Of a stretch of DNA of 64,000 nt, positions 8,921-18,766 are shown in pieces (positions within the stretch are counted from its first letter, which is position 1; each line of letters begins with the position of its first letter). The notes under the pieces were generated by a model. It saw nothing but the letters and a program-made list of their open reading frames with translations. It was not told where the DNA came from and did no database searches. The position numbers were made by a program, and so were the translations under genes. Source of the DNA: Candidatus Latescibacterota bacterium (GTDB taxonomy: Bacteria > Latescibacterota > UBA2968); NCBI GenBank assembly GCA_965204375.1, contig OZ241986.1:992001-1056000 (forward strand), in the 5' to 3' direction.

Positions 8921-10651
8921 CCTGAAAAATTCATAAAAAAGGTAGTTTCCTTATTCAAGTCATTGTATTATTATAGGTTATCACCATAACCATTGTACAA
9001 TAGACTTGGAGGAAACTACCATGGGGTCACAAGATAAACATCGCAAGGTTCCTTTGGCAAGCATTTTCGGCAAACGTGTCAATATCGCCTTTGATGGGGG
9101 CATTCTCACCAGCGATAGCGGCGCGTTATTGCTTCGAGAAGTAGAGGCAAAATCTGGCATTTTAACACGCATGAGTGCTGCGATCACGGATCGTCGGCAT
9201 AAGAGTTATGTGAGGCACTCCGTCGCAGAGTTGGTCAAGCAACGGGTGTTCCAGATAGCCTGTGGGTATGAAGATGGCAATGATTGTGATGCCTTACGCA
9301 GCGATCCGGGTATCAAGGCCGCCTGTGGTGTCTTGCCGCTTTCAGGTAAAGACTTGGGCAGTCAACCCACGATGAGCCGGTTTGAGAACCAGATCAGGCG
9401 AAGCGACTTGTATCGGATTGCCCGTGCCTTCCTCGATTGTTTTATCGCTTCGTATAAAAAGCCGCCCGAGGCGATCATCTTAGATATTGATGATACACAG
9501 GATACGGTTTATGGGACCCAGCAGTTGTCCCTATTCAATGGCTATTACAATGCCTACACCTATCAGCCCTTGCATATTTATGAGGGACAAACCGGTAAGT
9601 TGATCACTACGATATTGCGTCCCGGTATCCGTCCGACCGGCCAACAGATAGTCGCCATTATCAAGCGTTTGGTGGCCTATCTGCGTCAGGCTTGGCCTGA
9701 TGTGGCGATCATCTTGCGGGGTGATGCCCACTTTTCTTGTCCGCAAGTCCATCACCTTTGTGAGACTGATGACCTGTATTTTATCTTAGGACAGACCAGC
9801 AATGCCAAGCTTTGTGAGGCGGCACAACCCCTTATCGCGCAGGCCAAAAGGCTTTATGCACATACAAAGGAGGCCGTGCGTCTTTTTACCTCGTTTTCCT
9901 ATCAGGCAAAGAGTTGGAACAAGGCACAACGCATCGTATGCAAGGTCGAAATCAGTGACCGAGGCCAAAACACACGCTTTGTCGTGACCAACCTGAAAAG
10001 TTCAATGGCGTCCTTTATCTATCAAAGCGTCTATTGTGCGCGCGGACAGATGGAAAACTTCATTAAAAATCACAAAACCTTTCTCCACTCTGACCGCACA
10101 TCCTGTCACAGCTTTACTGCCAATCAGTTCCGCCTCTTTCTCCATTCTGCCGCCTATGTCTTGATACAGACATTGGCGCAAATAGGATTCAATGGCACAA
10201 GGTGGATAAACGCGCAGGTCAATACCATTCAAAATCGCTTCCTCAAAGTCGCAGGACGCGTCTGTGAGTTGAATACGAGGATCACCTTCCATCTGCCTGT
10301 GTCCTTTCCTTTGCAACACGTCTATGATAAAATCCTGCACAATCTGGCAAAGGCGTTTCCCTAACCCAAAACGCAGGAGGGCAGAGATGGCAAGCAGAAG
10401 GCAGACAACATCACTGGCGCAACAGACACAGACACCGCCTTGTGCTGGGCAAAGACTCGGCAGGCAAGGGCAAGGGGGAACCTGTGGCCTTTTTGACTAC
10501 CACAGGCACGCACAACCAATGACATTGACCTGTCAGACCCGGTAAAAATACAATCGGGAGCGACAAAAACAGAAAATCACGGACAGAGGGCTTACAACAT
10601 CGAAATGATGACATAAATAGCCTATTCATAAACTTTCATGAATTAGTCGGG
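8921..10651 (+). mobile_element. IS1380-family element, copy 1
   Basis: Imperfect TIRs CCTGAAAAATTCATAAAA / TTTCATGAATTAGTCGGG. TTAG target duplication, with the right copy split by IS5. Confidence 0.92.
9006..10364 (+). CDS. IS1380-family DDE transposase
   Basis: FDGGILTSDSG, GYEDGND, SQPTMSRFEN, LDIDDT, LRGDAHF, YCARGQMENFIK. Confidence 0.95.
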   Translation: MEETTMGSQDKHRKVPLASIFGKRVNIAFDGGILTSDSGALLLREVEAKSGILTRMSAAITDRRHKSYVRHSVAELVKQRVFQIACGYEDGNDCDALRSDPGIKAACGVLPLSGKDLGSQPTMSRFENQIRRSDLYRIARAFLDCFIASYKKPPEAIILDIDDTQDTVYGTQQLSLFNGYYNAYTYQPLHIYEGQTGKLITTILRPGIRPTGQQIVAIIKRLVAYLRQAWPDVAIILRGDAHFSCPQVHHLCETDDLYFILGQTSNAKLCEAAQPLIAQAKRLYAHTKEAVRLFTSFSYQAKSWNKAQRIVCKVEISDRGQNTRFVVTNLKSSMASFIYQSVYCARGQMENFIKNHKTFLHSDRTSCHSFTANQFRLFLHSAAYVLIQTLAQIGFNGTRWINAQVNTIQNRFLKVAGRVCELNTRITFHLPVSFPLQHVYDKILHNLAKAFP

Positions 10652-10654
10652 TTA

Positions 10655-11583
10655 GAAGCTGTTTTAAAATTATGGAGAAATAAAAAAAAGAGTTGAAAAA
10701 GCGTATTCATCAGTCCAAATTTAGGGTATCCAAAAACCTTAAAAAGAAAGGACATGCGATGAATACGCCAAGACAATATCCGACAAATGTCACCCAAGCG
10801 CAATGGCAACTGCTGATCCCCTTGTTGCCCAAACGCAAATGGCAAAAAGGAGGTCCCGGACGTCCACCTGCCAATTTGCGACGCGTGTTTGATGGCATCC
10901 TGTATCTGACGAAGACGGGCTGCCAATGGCGCATGCTGCCTCATACCTTTGGCTGTTGGCAAACCGTGTATGGCTATTTCAACAAATGGCGCGAGCAAGA
11001 CATCTTTCAGCAGGTGCAACAAGCACTCTCACGTAGGGAGCGCAAACGGCAAGGGCGCAAGCCTGACGCATCAGCAGGCTGTATTGACAGCCAAAGTGTT
11101 AAGACAGCAACACAAGCAGACTCAAAGGGTTACGATGCGGGAAAGAAGATCAATGGACGAAAACGCCATCTGCTTGTCGATACCCTCGGACTGGTCATCA
11201 GCACCTATGTCTCACCGGCTAATCTCCAAGATCGTGATGGCCTCAAAAAGGTGCTCAATCAGTATTTTGAAACAGGCGTGACACGCTTACGCAAGCTGTG
11301 GGTTGATGGCGGATATCGCGGCGAAGACCTCAAGGAATGGGTCGCTGATAGAAAACAAACACATAAGATTGATCTTGAGGTCGTTACCCCAAAAGGGGAA
11401 GGCTTTCAAATAGTCAAACGCCGTTGGGTCATTGAACGCACCTTTGCTTGGTTATTCAATTTCCGCCGACTGTCAAAGGATTATGAACGCTTAACGGACA
11501 ACAGTGAAGCCTTTATTCACATCGGTATGATTTATCTCTTAATTAACAGACTTGCTTAAACGCCAGGGTTTTAAAACAGCTTC
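10655..11583 (+). mobile_element. IS5-family element (IS1031-like)
   Basis: Perfect 15-bp TIR GAAGCTGTTTTAAAA and TTA duplication (10652-54 / 11584-86). Confidence 0.92.
10759..11559 (+). CDS. IS5-family transposase
   Basis: YPTNVT..QW, TGCQWRMLP, IDSQSVKT, GKKINGRKRHLLVDTLG, RWVIERTFAW. ATG 10759 follows AAAGGA. Confidence 0.93.
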   Translation: MNTPRQYPTNVTQAQWQLLIPLLPKRKWQKGGPGRPPANLRRVFDGILYLTKTGCQWRMLPHTFGCWQTVYGYFNKWREQDIFQQVQQALSRRERKRQGRKPDASAGCIDSQSVKTATQADSKGYDAGKKINGRKRHLLVDTLGLVISTYVSPANLQDRDGLKKVLNQYFETGVTRLRKLWVDGGYRGEDLKEWVADRKQTHKIDLEVVTPKGEGFQIVKRRWVIERTFAWLFNFRRLSKDYERLTDNSEAFIHIGMIYLLINRLA

Positions 11584-11668
11584 TTAGAGATTCCTCAAGT
11601 TCTTTAATCTCAGGCTCCGACGCATTCATGAGTCGCAGATTCTCCAATCGAAGCTGTGAACAGCCACA

Positions 11669-12487
11669 CTATATTTCGTCAATAACATCCTTGACTTTAC
11701 GTACACCATCTTCGCTTATCTTCCAGGTCAATCCAAGTCGTGAACCGATTTCCCTGCGCTGTTCCTCATGTAGTTCCGCCAGGTTATAGTAAGCCTTCTT
11801 GAGGGAATTCCGTGTTGGCTGAGGGAATAGGGTAGCAAATCGGACGGCCAGGTGCGATGGCATCCGCTGCTCGAACTGCCTGGGCGTGAATTTGTGTTCT
11901 CCCTGCAGATATGCATGCCATTTCTCCACGATGTCGCGTAGATCGGCAAACGACCAAGCTGCGGAATAGTACTCACCACGCTTCGTGTGCAAAACAACAT
12001 ACACAAGCCAGGCCCAGAGACGTTCGTCTTCATGGATCAACAGTTCCTTACTCGGAGTCGGCCTACTCTGGACGCGTCCTTCATCATTCGACGTCTGGCA
12101 CCACTCTTCAAGCCTGTCTGACTTCGACCAGATAAGGTGAAAGGGTGCTCCCTCCCAACCGGGTAGGTCCTCCTCTATATACAGATTGATGTCTGCTTTG
12201 ACGCAGGGCTCGAAAAGATAGATAACGAAATAGTTCTTGATGTGATCCGCATCAAATCGGTGGAACCACGGCTCGGTCGCCCAGTGCCACCTTTCAGACC
12301 AGACAGTATCTCGGTTTTTCTGAGAATCAAGAACGACCCCTAAATCAAGGTCGGATTGCTCGTCCATCTCCCCGGTAGCCTGACTTCCGCTGGCGAAAAT
12401 GCCGATGACTCCGTCTATGTCTCTGAAGTGTCGCAGCAGACTGTCAAAAATGCGTCTGTGCTCAGGGAGATTGGCTGTATCGAGCAT
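11669..12487 (-). CDS. Nucleotidyltransferase (antibiotic NTase-like fold)
   Basis: GS.A.G..D..SDLD motif plus a helical C-terminal domain. Confidence 0.8.
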   Translation of the reverse strand: MLDTANLPEHRRIFDSLLRHFRDIDGVIGIFASGSQATGEMDEQSDLDLGVVLDSQKNRDTVWSERWHWATEPWFHRFDADHIKNYFVIYLFEPCVKADINLYIEEDLPGWEGAPFHLIWSKSDRLEEWCQTSNDEGRVQSRPTPSKELLIHEDERLWAWLVYVVLHTKRGEYYSAAWSFADLRDIVEKWHAYLQGEHKFTPRQFEQRMPSHLAVRFATLFPQPTRNSLKKAYYNLAELHEEQRREIGSRLGLTWKISEDGVRKVKDVIDEI

Positions 12488-12521
12488 TAGAAGAATCCTT
12501 TGCCAGTATTTTGTGGCTGTC

Positions 12522-12620
12522 TGTTAATGTCCTGGGGTTTGCGAACCCCGAACGAAGCGAAAGGTTGTCCGATAGAGCCAAGCGGCGAATGGCGCGTAGC
12601 GCAATACCGTGCTGTTAGAT
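12522..12620 (-). repeat. attC site
   Basis: TGTTAAT-N5-GGGGTTTGCG ... CGCAATACC-N5-GTTAGAT. The arms pair with one extrahelical base. It lies 10 bp after the stop of the upstream gene. Confidence 0.7.
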
Positions 12621-12630
12621 GAAGTGCGAT

Positions 12631-13446
12631 CTATCGCTTTCTTGATATTACGAATAAGACATTGTCGCTAGCAAAGTCGTTCGCTTCGACTATATCGCCT
12701 TGCGTTGAACTTATGTCGAAGCCATTCGTTGCCAATAGGCTCTCGATCTCGCTTTCGGTGAAATAGTGGTCCCATGTGATGAACTCCTTTGGATCTTGCC
12801 TATCCTCCAGTACTAATGTTCGTATTCCCCAAGCTCTCTGGTCCGGAAAGTGTTTGCTCTCGTCCAACAAGAAGTGCGAAGATCTCGCCCAAAATCCACT
12901 ACCGGAAACGTAGTTCCAGTCTCGTGATTCGTATTTGCTGTCGCTCAAGCGTGGCCCAAATATGTCGAAGAGAAACAATCCGTCCTTTACGAGATGTTCA
13001 TGAACGCGACTCAGAAACGTCATTTGTTCACGCGGCAAGAGAGCACCAAAGTCGCAATAGATGCAGATAGCCGCGTCATACATGCCTTCAATAGGATCAG
13101 AGAGATAGTCTCCGCATTCATAGTGGATCCGAAGACCGCTCTTTCGGGCACTCTTCTTGGCGTACTCAATAGAAACCGGATTAATGTCCATGCCGGTTAC
13201 GCTGAACCCTTTGGCTGCCAGCCTGGTTGCGTATAAGCCTGGACCACACCCCAGATCCAGGATGCGTTTTGCTCCTTTACATTGCTTCGCCACCCAGTCA
13301 ATCGTTTTGCTGATGATATGAGGCTTTCGACTGGCCCCATCTGAATCTGGATCCAGGTGAGCAGAGAGCATCGCTTTAGATACATGCGGATCCGTCCAGA
13401 TATTCGCATTCCCCCGGCGGCTGTATATAAGTGTGCTCGGAAACAT
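12631..13446 (-). CDS. Class I SAM-dependent methyltransferase
   Basis: ILDLGCGPGLY, YDAAICIYCDFG. ATG 13446 follows GAGG. Confidence 0.9.
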   Translation of the reverse strand: MFPSTLIYSRRGNANIWTDPHVSKAMLSAHLDPDSDGASRKPHIISKTIDWVAKQCKGAKRILDLGCGPGLYATRLAAKGFSVTGMDINPVSIEYAKKSARKSGLRIHYECGDYLSDPIEGMYDAAICIYCDFGALLPREQMTFLSRVHEHLVKDGLFLFDIFGPRLSDSKYESRDWNYVSGSGFWARSSHFLLDESKHFPDQRAWGIRTLVLEDRQDPKEFITWDHYFTESEIESLLATNGFDISSTQGDIVEANDFASDNVLFVISRKR

Positions 13447-13607
13447 GGGTTCCTCTTTGTGCAGGAAGATAAGTTTCATGTGATTAGACAAATAGGATAG
13501 GGGTCAGGTTTTCCGACTGAGCTACTTAAGGGAAAGTTAGCAATTGAAGGTATTGCTTTTGTGCGCGATTTGGCAGGGTGGGATTTGGGCACTGTTTTTG
13601 CGATTCA

Positions 13608-14309
13608 TCAGGGCTTCCGACCAAAGCCGATGAAGACATTGTCCCAGGATTCCCCCAACTCGGAGACTCTGAGTATCCGGGAGTCGTGAAATCCAGCTTC
13701 CACGAAGAGATCTTGAACTTCCGATTCGTCAAAGTAGTGCCAGAAGACAGGATCTTTTTTACCTTCCTTCAAGACCACATCTCCGTCATCCAGCCCCTGC
13801 TGGTTGATGCGCTTATATCTGGAATCGGCTTCTAATAGTCTTAGCGTTCTCGTCCGATCGTGGACAGTGAGGGATGAAAGGCCCCCGGCGACGAGTATGC
13901 GGAACGCTTCCTGGAGCAGGGTCTGGCGAGCTTCTCTTGAAGGAACGTTCGCGAGAATTTGGCTCCAGAAAATGACGATGTCGTAAGTCCTGTCCGGCTC
14001 TGGGATATTGGTACCGTTTGTCAGCTCAAATTCCACATAACTGTGTCTTTGGTTAGCGATACTCCTGGCTGCCGTGATCATATTTTCAGATATGTCAATT
14101 CCTTTGACTCTGTATCCGAGCGTCTCAAGAGCGAACGCCTCGCGTCCTGCTCCGCATCCGACGACCAGGACTTTACCCGAGATAGGGAAGAACTGGTCGA
14201 TAGCAGCCTTTTCATACTTACGAAGGCCCTCAGCAACTCTCTGAGTGTACTTTTCGACAGCATCGGCCGTAGAGTAATTCGCGAGAACTCCATCTGTGAG
14301 TGCGGCCAT
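13608..14309 (-). CDS. Class I SAM-dependent methyltransferase
   Basis: VLVVGCGAGRE, GIDIS, RILVAGG. Confidence 0.9.
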   Translation of the reverse strand: MAALTDGVLANYSTADAVEKYTQRVAEGLRKYEKAAIDQFFPISGKVLVVGCGAGREAFALETLGYRVKGIDISENMITAARSIANQRHSYVEFELTNGTNIPEPDRTYDIVIFWSQILANVPSREARQTLLQEAFRILVAGGLSSLTVHDRTRTLRLLEADSRYKRINQQGLDDGDVVLKEGKKDPVFWHYFDESEVQDLFVEAGFHDSRILRVSELGESWDNVFIGFGRKP

Positions 14310-14322
14310 GCGTGCTCCTTAA

Positions 14323-15636
14323 TCAGGCATCAAAATAACTGAGTCGATCGCCTTCTGCTTCCCAGAGTTCTTCAAACATTTTTCGGATGTCGGGTAAAGA
14401 TACGACGGATGCAGTAAGTGGGTCCAATGCACAAGCATGGAATGCCGCTTCTTTATCTTTTTCCATTGCAGCTTTGACGGAGAGTTCTTGTACGGAGATG
14501 TTGGTCATGTTTAATGCAGCGCACTGAGGTGGGAGTTCACCAACGTAACAGGGATGAATGCCTTCTCTATCGACCATGCAGGGTACTTCAACACAGCATT
14601 CGTCGGGAAGATTGGTGATAGATCCGTTGTTCATGACGTTGCCGTTGAAGACAAATGGGACACCTGTGATTTTTGCTTCTATGATTGAAGAAGCGTATTC
14701 GTGGGATGCTTGCAGTTTTGGGACTTCGGCTTCGGTATCGTTGTCTGTGATGCCTGTGTCTTTCATCCAGGAACGTTTGCGGCCTTCGGGCAATTCCATA
14801 TAGACGGGATCGCGTTCTGGCAGGTTGTAGATGTCCCGCAATTCCTGAGTGCGCTGGAAGTAGGGGAGGTATTCTGAATTGTGTCGGGTGCTTTCGGTGA
14901 CAAAATAGCCAAATTGCTTCATCATCTCGACCCGCACCAGGTCGTCTTTGAAACTGGGATGGGTGTCAACGGCTTTGAAGATGCGAGGGTACAGGTCTTC
15001 GCCATCTTTGTTGAATTTTAGAATCCAGGCCTGGTGGTTAATCCCTGCAACGAGGTAACTCACATCTTCGTAAGGAACGTCAATGCCATTTGCCAGTTTT
15101 TTTGTCGTGCCCTGTACGCTGTGGCAGAGGCCGACGTTTTGGATGGATGAACCGATAGAATGCATCCAGGTGAGCATGGCCATGGGGTTGGTATAATTTA
15201 ACATGAGTGCATCGGGGCAGTGTTTTTCCATGCTTTTGCAAAATGATAGGTGCTCGTGTGCGGTGCGAAGATAACGGAACACACCTCCCACGCCTACTGT
15301 GTCGGCGACAGTTTGGTTAATGCCGTACTTTTTGGGGATGTTGATTTCAGATGCGTAAGGTTCGCCCCAGTAGGCTGCGCCCCCAATGGATACGGCAGTG
15401 ACGACAAAATCTGCGCCGGGCAATAATTCTTCGCGATCAGTGCTGGCGATGCATTTGCCGGGGAGTCCATGGCCATCAATGGCGCGGTTCACGTAATCGT
15501 GTACCTGAGTCAATCGCTCTTCGTTGATATCACAGAGTGCGATTGTGGAATCGTTTAATAATTCACGAGATAAAATATCGATGGACAGTCGGCTTCCGAA
15601 TCCACTGCCAGCACCAATGATTACAATTTTTGCCAT
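14323..15636 (-). CDS. GH4 alpha-galactosidase/glucosidase (MelA-like)
   Basis: KIVIIGAGS, LNYTNP, VGLCHSVQ, AGINHQAW, VTES..HNSEY. Confidence 0.92.
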   Translation of the reverse strand: MAKIVIIGAGSGFGSRLSIDILSRELLNDSTIALCDINEERLTQVHDYVNRAIDGHGLPGKCIASTDREELLPGADFVVTAVSIGGAAYWGEPYASEINIPKKYGINQTVADTVGVGGVFRYLRTAHEHLSFCKSMEKHCPDALMLNYTNPMAMLTWMHSIGSSIQNVGLCHSVQGTTKKLANGIDVPYEDVSYLVAGINHQAWILKFNKDGEDLYPRIFKAVDTHPSFKDDLVRVEMMKQFGYFVTESTRHNSEYLPYFQRTQELRDIYNLPERDPVYMELPEGRKRSWMKDTGITDNDTEAEVPKLQASHEYASSIIEAKITGVPFVFNGNVMNNGSITNLPDECCVEVPCMVDREGIHPCYVGELPPQCAALNMTNISVQELSVKAAMEKDKEAAFHACALDPLTASVVSLPDIRKMFEELWEAEGDRLSYFDA

Positions 15637-15681
15637 TAAAACCTCCAGTATTAAAAGGTAATGAAATCAGCGAGTGAGGAA

Positions 15682-16542
15682 TCAGGAAAACACCGGTGCC
15701 TGGAACACATCCTCGAATTCACCGCGGTCCTTCGCCCGCTGATACTCCCACTCGTAGGGCGATTCCCTAAGCCTGCTGGGCCCGTTCCTTACATCGTGTC
15801 CGATGTCGCTTTGCCTGGGGTAATGGCTGTAGATCATGAGCCTCCGCGGACGACCGGAAATATTCGGTCTGGAGTTGTGGACCAGCACCGAATGGAAGAG
15901 CATGACGGAGCCGGGCGGCGCCAACAGGTCGATTCCCCCCTCGAAATCGATCAAATCCGGTAGCACTTCCCACCCCCTTTTGTTGGGCGGTCGGTGATGT
16001 TCCAGGTGCTTTTTGTGACTCCCCGGCCAGACGTGAAGCGGTCCGGACGATTCGTCGCATGAATCCATGGTCACGGCCGAAGATATGATCTCTTGCGGGT
16101 AATCCTGCGCCAGATAATACGCCCAATCGTTGTGGACCGGAAACCGGTCTTCGCGATCGACCAATGGGATGCCCTCGATCGCTTCGGGTAGCGGCTCTTT
16201 GTAGTTCAGCTTCTCCTCCATGAGCATCGGCTCGTCACCCATGAGCTGACGCATGGGTCCGATGAGTCGTTCGTCGGCAGACACTTCGGCCAGGAACAGC
16301 GACAGGTCGTTAATGGGTTGGATCTTGCGCACCATCGGCCCGGTAGATGTCTGCAGAATATCGAGTCGCCCGCTTTTTCGCCCGTTGGCCAGGGAAGAGT
16401 TGATGATGAGCTCGAGTATCCGGTCCGCTTCATGTTGCATGCGAGCGACTTCCTCGACGTTGAATGCCTGTGGGAGCACCAGGTAACCGTTCTCGCGGAA
16501 GTGCTCCAGGTCTTCGCCTGTGAGTTCCGTTTTCACCGCCAT
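15682..16542 (-). CDS. Phytanoyl-CoA dioxygenase (PhyH) family
   Basis: F.ENGYLV, HND (HxD), PGSHK, VHNSRPN..R. Confidence 0.9.
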   Translation of the reverse strand: MAVKTELTGEDLEHFRENGYLVLPQAFNVEEVARMQHEADRILELIINSSLANGRKSGRLDILQTSTGPMVRKIQPINDLSLFLAEVSADERLIGPMRQLMGDEPMLMEEKLNYKEPLPEAIEGIPLVDREDRFPVHNDWAYYLAQDYPQEIISSAVTMDSCDESSGPLHVWPGSHKKHLEHHRPPNKRGWEVLPDLIDFEGGIDLLAPPGSVMLFHSVLVHNSRPNISGRPRRLMIYSHYPRQSDIGHDVRNGPSRLRESPYEWEYQRAKDRGEFEDVFQAPVFS

Positions 16543-16583
16543 TCCCTCCTCCTTTGGTTGGTTTTTATTGTTTGCTTACAAAA

Positions 16584-16617
16584 AATCCCCGCCAGATAGA
16601 TTTACCCGATAGGGATT
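16584..16617 (-). terminator. Terminator-family hairpin T1, after hicA
   Basis: AATCCCCGCCAGA...GGGATT, followed by a U-run on the minus strand. Homologous to T2-T4. Confidence 0.55.
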
Positions 16618-16645
16618 GAGTAATTAAACTGTTTAGAACATTACC

Positions 16646-16861
16646 TTACAGATCATCGGGAGTCAAGCCCGTGCGTTTCGCAATTCGAGATAACATGCGT
16701 GGGCCTATTTCATCTCGATCATGAAATGCAAATACGTAATTTGGCCACCCGGGGCGAGCTAAAATTCGATGAGAAGTGCCTGACTGACGTTTTATAGTCC
16801 ACCCCATTCGCAGAAGAGCCGCCAAAACCTGCCGCGCTTTTGTTGATGGCCATCGATTCAT
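16646..16861 (-). CDS. hicA: HicA toxin
   Basis: GW..KRQSGTSH (GSH motif), HDRDEIGP.ML..I. Confidence 0.9.
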   Translation of the reverse strand: MNRWPSTKARQVLAALLRMGWTIKRQSGTSHRILARPGWPNYVFAFHDRDEIGPRMLSRIAKRTGLTPDDL

Positions 16862-17058
16862 ACTGATCCTGCAAAGACTTCACCTAATTCTGGGATTTCT
16901 TCACCGTGTTCTAGACGATCAGCTATCACTCGCAAGGCCAATGCTTTTACTTTCAAAATGGCTTCTTTTTTATTCTCTCCATAAACCATCACGCCAGGCA
17001 ATTCTGTTACTTCAGCAAGCCATCGGCCGTCTTCTTCTTTTTCCGTTTCTATATTCAT
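16858..17058 (-). CDS. hicB: Short HicB antitoxin
   Basis: EEDGRWLAEV.ELPGVMVYGE..EA. 4-bp overlap with hicA. Confidence 0.9.
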   Translation of the reverse strand: MNIETEKEEDGRWLAEVTELPGVMVYGENKKEAILKVKALALRVIADRLEHGEEIPELGEVFAGSV

Positions 17059-17313
17059 GACTATAATCTCCTGGTGCCATAAAGCCTGTGATCGCCTTTA
17101 GCAAATATATCGACCTTTTTAGGGTTAAGCAAGACACTATGCAGCTTCTCTGCTTCTATGGGAGATAACTTCATTGATGACCACCACTCTTAACCAATAA
17201 GAGATCGCTACGATGCATAAATTACATACTCCTGATTCTTTTTGTCAAAGCGAATGTCTAATTGAGTGAGATAATTGTTTCCGACATTTTTTAGCATTTC
17301 GACTATGTGAATC

Positions 17314-18348
17314 TCACAACTCTTCTTTCGACCGACCTGGCACCCGCCTGTTTACAATGTCCTGTCCCGTTTGTCCTAACTCGTTCGTTTTGGGCCAGGA
17401 TTTGTCGAGATATCTCTTTGCCTGGGCCTCAAACGCCTTGTATTCGTCGGCGCTGATCTTCCCGTCATGATCCCTATCAATGAATGGGAAGAGCCATTCA
17501 AAATCGGGTCTGTCACTGGCCCATTCATGCCAGGAAGACCACTCCTTTTGGGATGTGGCGTATTTCTCCTGGTAATTGAGCTGCACAACCCTCCTCATGG
17601 CAATGTCTATCAGTTCCTCTTCCCAACTCAGGAATTCATCGCCATTAAGATTTGCCCGGTGCCAATCGGGGTGTGGGAACTCCTCATAAGAAACGTAGCC
17701 GTCCTTGTTTCTGTCTAATTTCCACCAATAGGTTTTGGCATTTTGCAAGCGTTCAGGTTCTATGCTAGCTTCCAGTTGCTCAATTCCTTTAAGCCGTTGT
17801 ACCTGTGCAGACTGCCGCCCCTCCTCCGTCAGCAAGTGCTGATAGTCGGCCAGCGCCTCTCGTTTAACCATTAGCATAGTTCCGTAGTGACCACCCTGAT
17901 TGATTAATTGACCCGTGGCGGTTCTCCTGTCACCGGCAATCACTGCCGTAAAAATTGCCCAGGTTCTGGTTCCTGCCTGACGCTCTAAAACCATCATGCT
18001 GTGGGGACTCCCCTTATACCATTTGCCTGTAATGTTGCCCCGCAAAATCCTTTCAGCGATAGGTCTGATTGTCGAGGGCGGATCGAAGGGGTGTTTGAGT
18101 TGCCCATTGATCCCAGTGATTGCCTCTCCGTCCTGCTTCAGTTTCAGATACATGATGCCATTCCCTGTCGGGGCATTCAGAAACATGGTCGTGAAGCAGA
18201 CCCATTCTCCGGATACGTCAACGCCGCCATCTTGTCCTCCTGTTTGTTTGGGCAAAATCGCCTGGCGGTTCGCGATTCTGTCTTCCAGATTGAGGTGCTT
18301 GATGATGGCCATTTCAAGTTCCGGGGTGAATGATTTCTCAGGCTTCAT
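17314..18348 (-). CDS. EF-hand-containing hypothetical protein
   Basis: DRNKDGYVSYEE, NLNGDEFLSWEE, DRDHDGKISADE. True start is ATG 18348 after GGAAGGAG. Confidence 0.75.
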   Translation of the reverse strand: MKPEKSFTPELEMAIIKHLNLEDRIANRQAILPKQTGGQDGGVDVSGEWVCFTTMFLNAPTGNGIMYLKLKQDGEAITGINGQLKHPFDPPSTIRPIAERILRGNITGKWYKGSPHSMMVLERQAGTRTWAIFTAVIAGDRRTATGQLINQGGHYGTMLMVKREALADYQHLLTEEGRQSAQVQRLKGIEQLEASIEPERLQNAKTYWWKLDRNKDGYVSYEEFPHPDWHRANLNGDEFLSWEEELIDIAMRRVVQLNYQEKYATSQKEWSSWHEWASDRPDFEWLFPFIDRDHDGKISADEYKAFEAQAKRYLDKSWPKTNELGQTGQDIVNRRVPGRSKEEL

Positions 18349-18580
18349 TCTCGCTCTCCTTCCAAAGCATGTTTTATCAAACAGCCCGTAAAACCCACAC
18401 CCTTCAGGTGTGGGTCGCATGGCGAAGGGCTTCTGGTTCCCTGCTTTCGCAGGGACATGCTTATGGTGTGGTGCTTTAGCATTGGGCATATCGCTCAAGG
18501 CGATAGGAGTGGTGGAGCGGTGTACAAGTGCGCCAGCACTTCATTATTGTGATTCGTCCGTTAATTTTACAAAAAATAGC

Positions 18581-18609
18581 TTGACAAAATACGCTCATAA
18601 GTATATATT
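18581..18609 (+). promoter_or_regulatory. Sigma70 promoter of the tnpB remnant
   Basis: TTGACA-17 bp-TATATT. The ATG is 7 nt downstream (leaderless). Confidence 0.7.
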
Positions 18610-18615
18610 TTTATT

Positions 18616-18729
18616 ATGTTTAAGTCCATAAAATACAGACTGCGCCCGACGAAAAAGCAAGAGAAAGTCTTGCTGGCACATGCTGCCATAAACATTTTGA
18701 CGTTGGGGCTACAACGTCAGGCGACCTAA
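18616..18729 (+). pseudogene. tnpB: Internally deleted tnpB (37 aa)
   Basis: MFKSIKYRLRPTKKQEKVLLAH (TnpB N-terminal motif) fused in frame to AAINILTLGL (TnpB C-terminal NAAxNI motif). Confidence 0.8.
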
Positions 18730-18766
18730 CCGCCAAGAAGCCCAACTGCTCTATCGTTGGGAGTAG

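Larger units (their letters stand above)
8860..11656 (-). pseudogene. 3' stub of a paralog of the 33479-33991 gene, split by IS1380 and IS5
   Basis: 8860-8920 joined to 11588-11656 (one TTAG removed) encodes ...QLRLENLRL...EIKELEESLKSLEDEIRVFTSKTTWVD*. Confidence 0.75.

Noticed and set aside
10324-10629. Small ORFs in the IS1380 3' tail
   Set aside because: They are not preserved in copy 3, which has an indel in the tail, and they have no motifs.
18349-18498. N-terminal 50 aa of ORF 17314-18498
   Set aside because: Read-through from the mini-IS. The RBS points to 18348.
18581-18585. TTGAC as the TAM / left end of the mini element
   Set aside because: It is better explained as the -35 box. 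The TTTAT/18378 boundary includes the left-end hairpin and restores the native stop.
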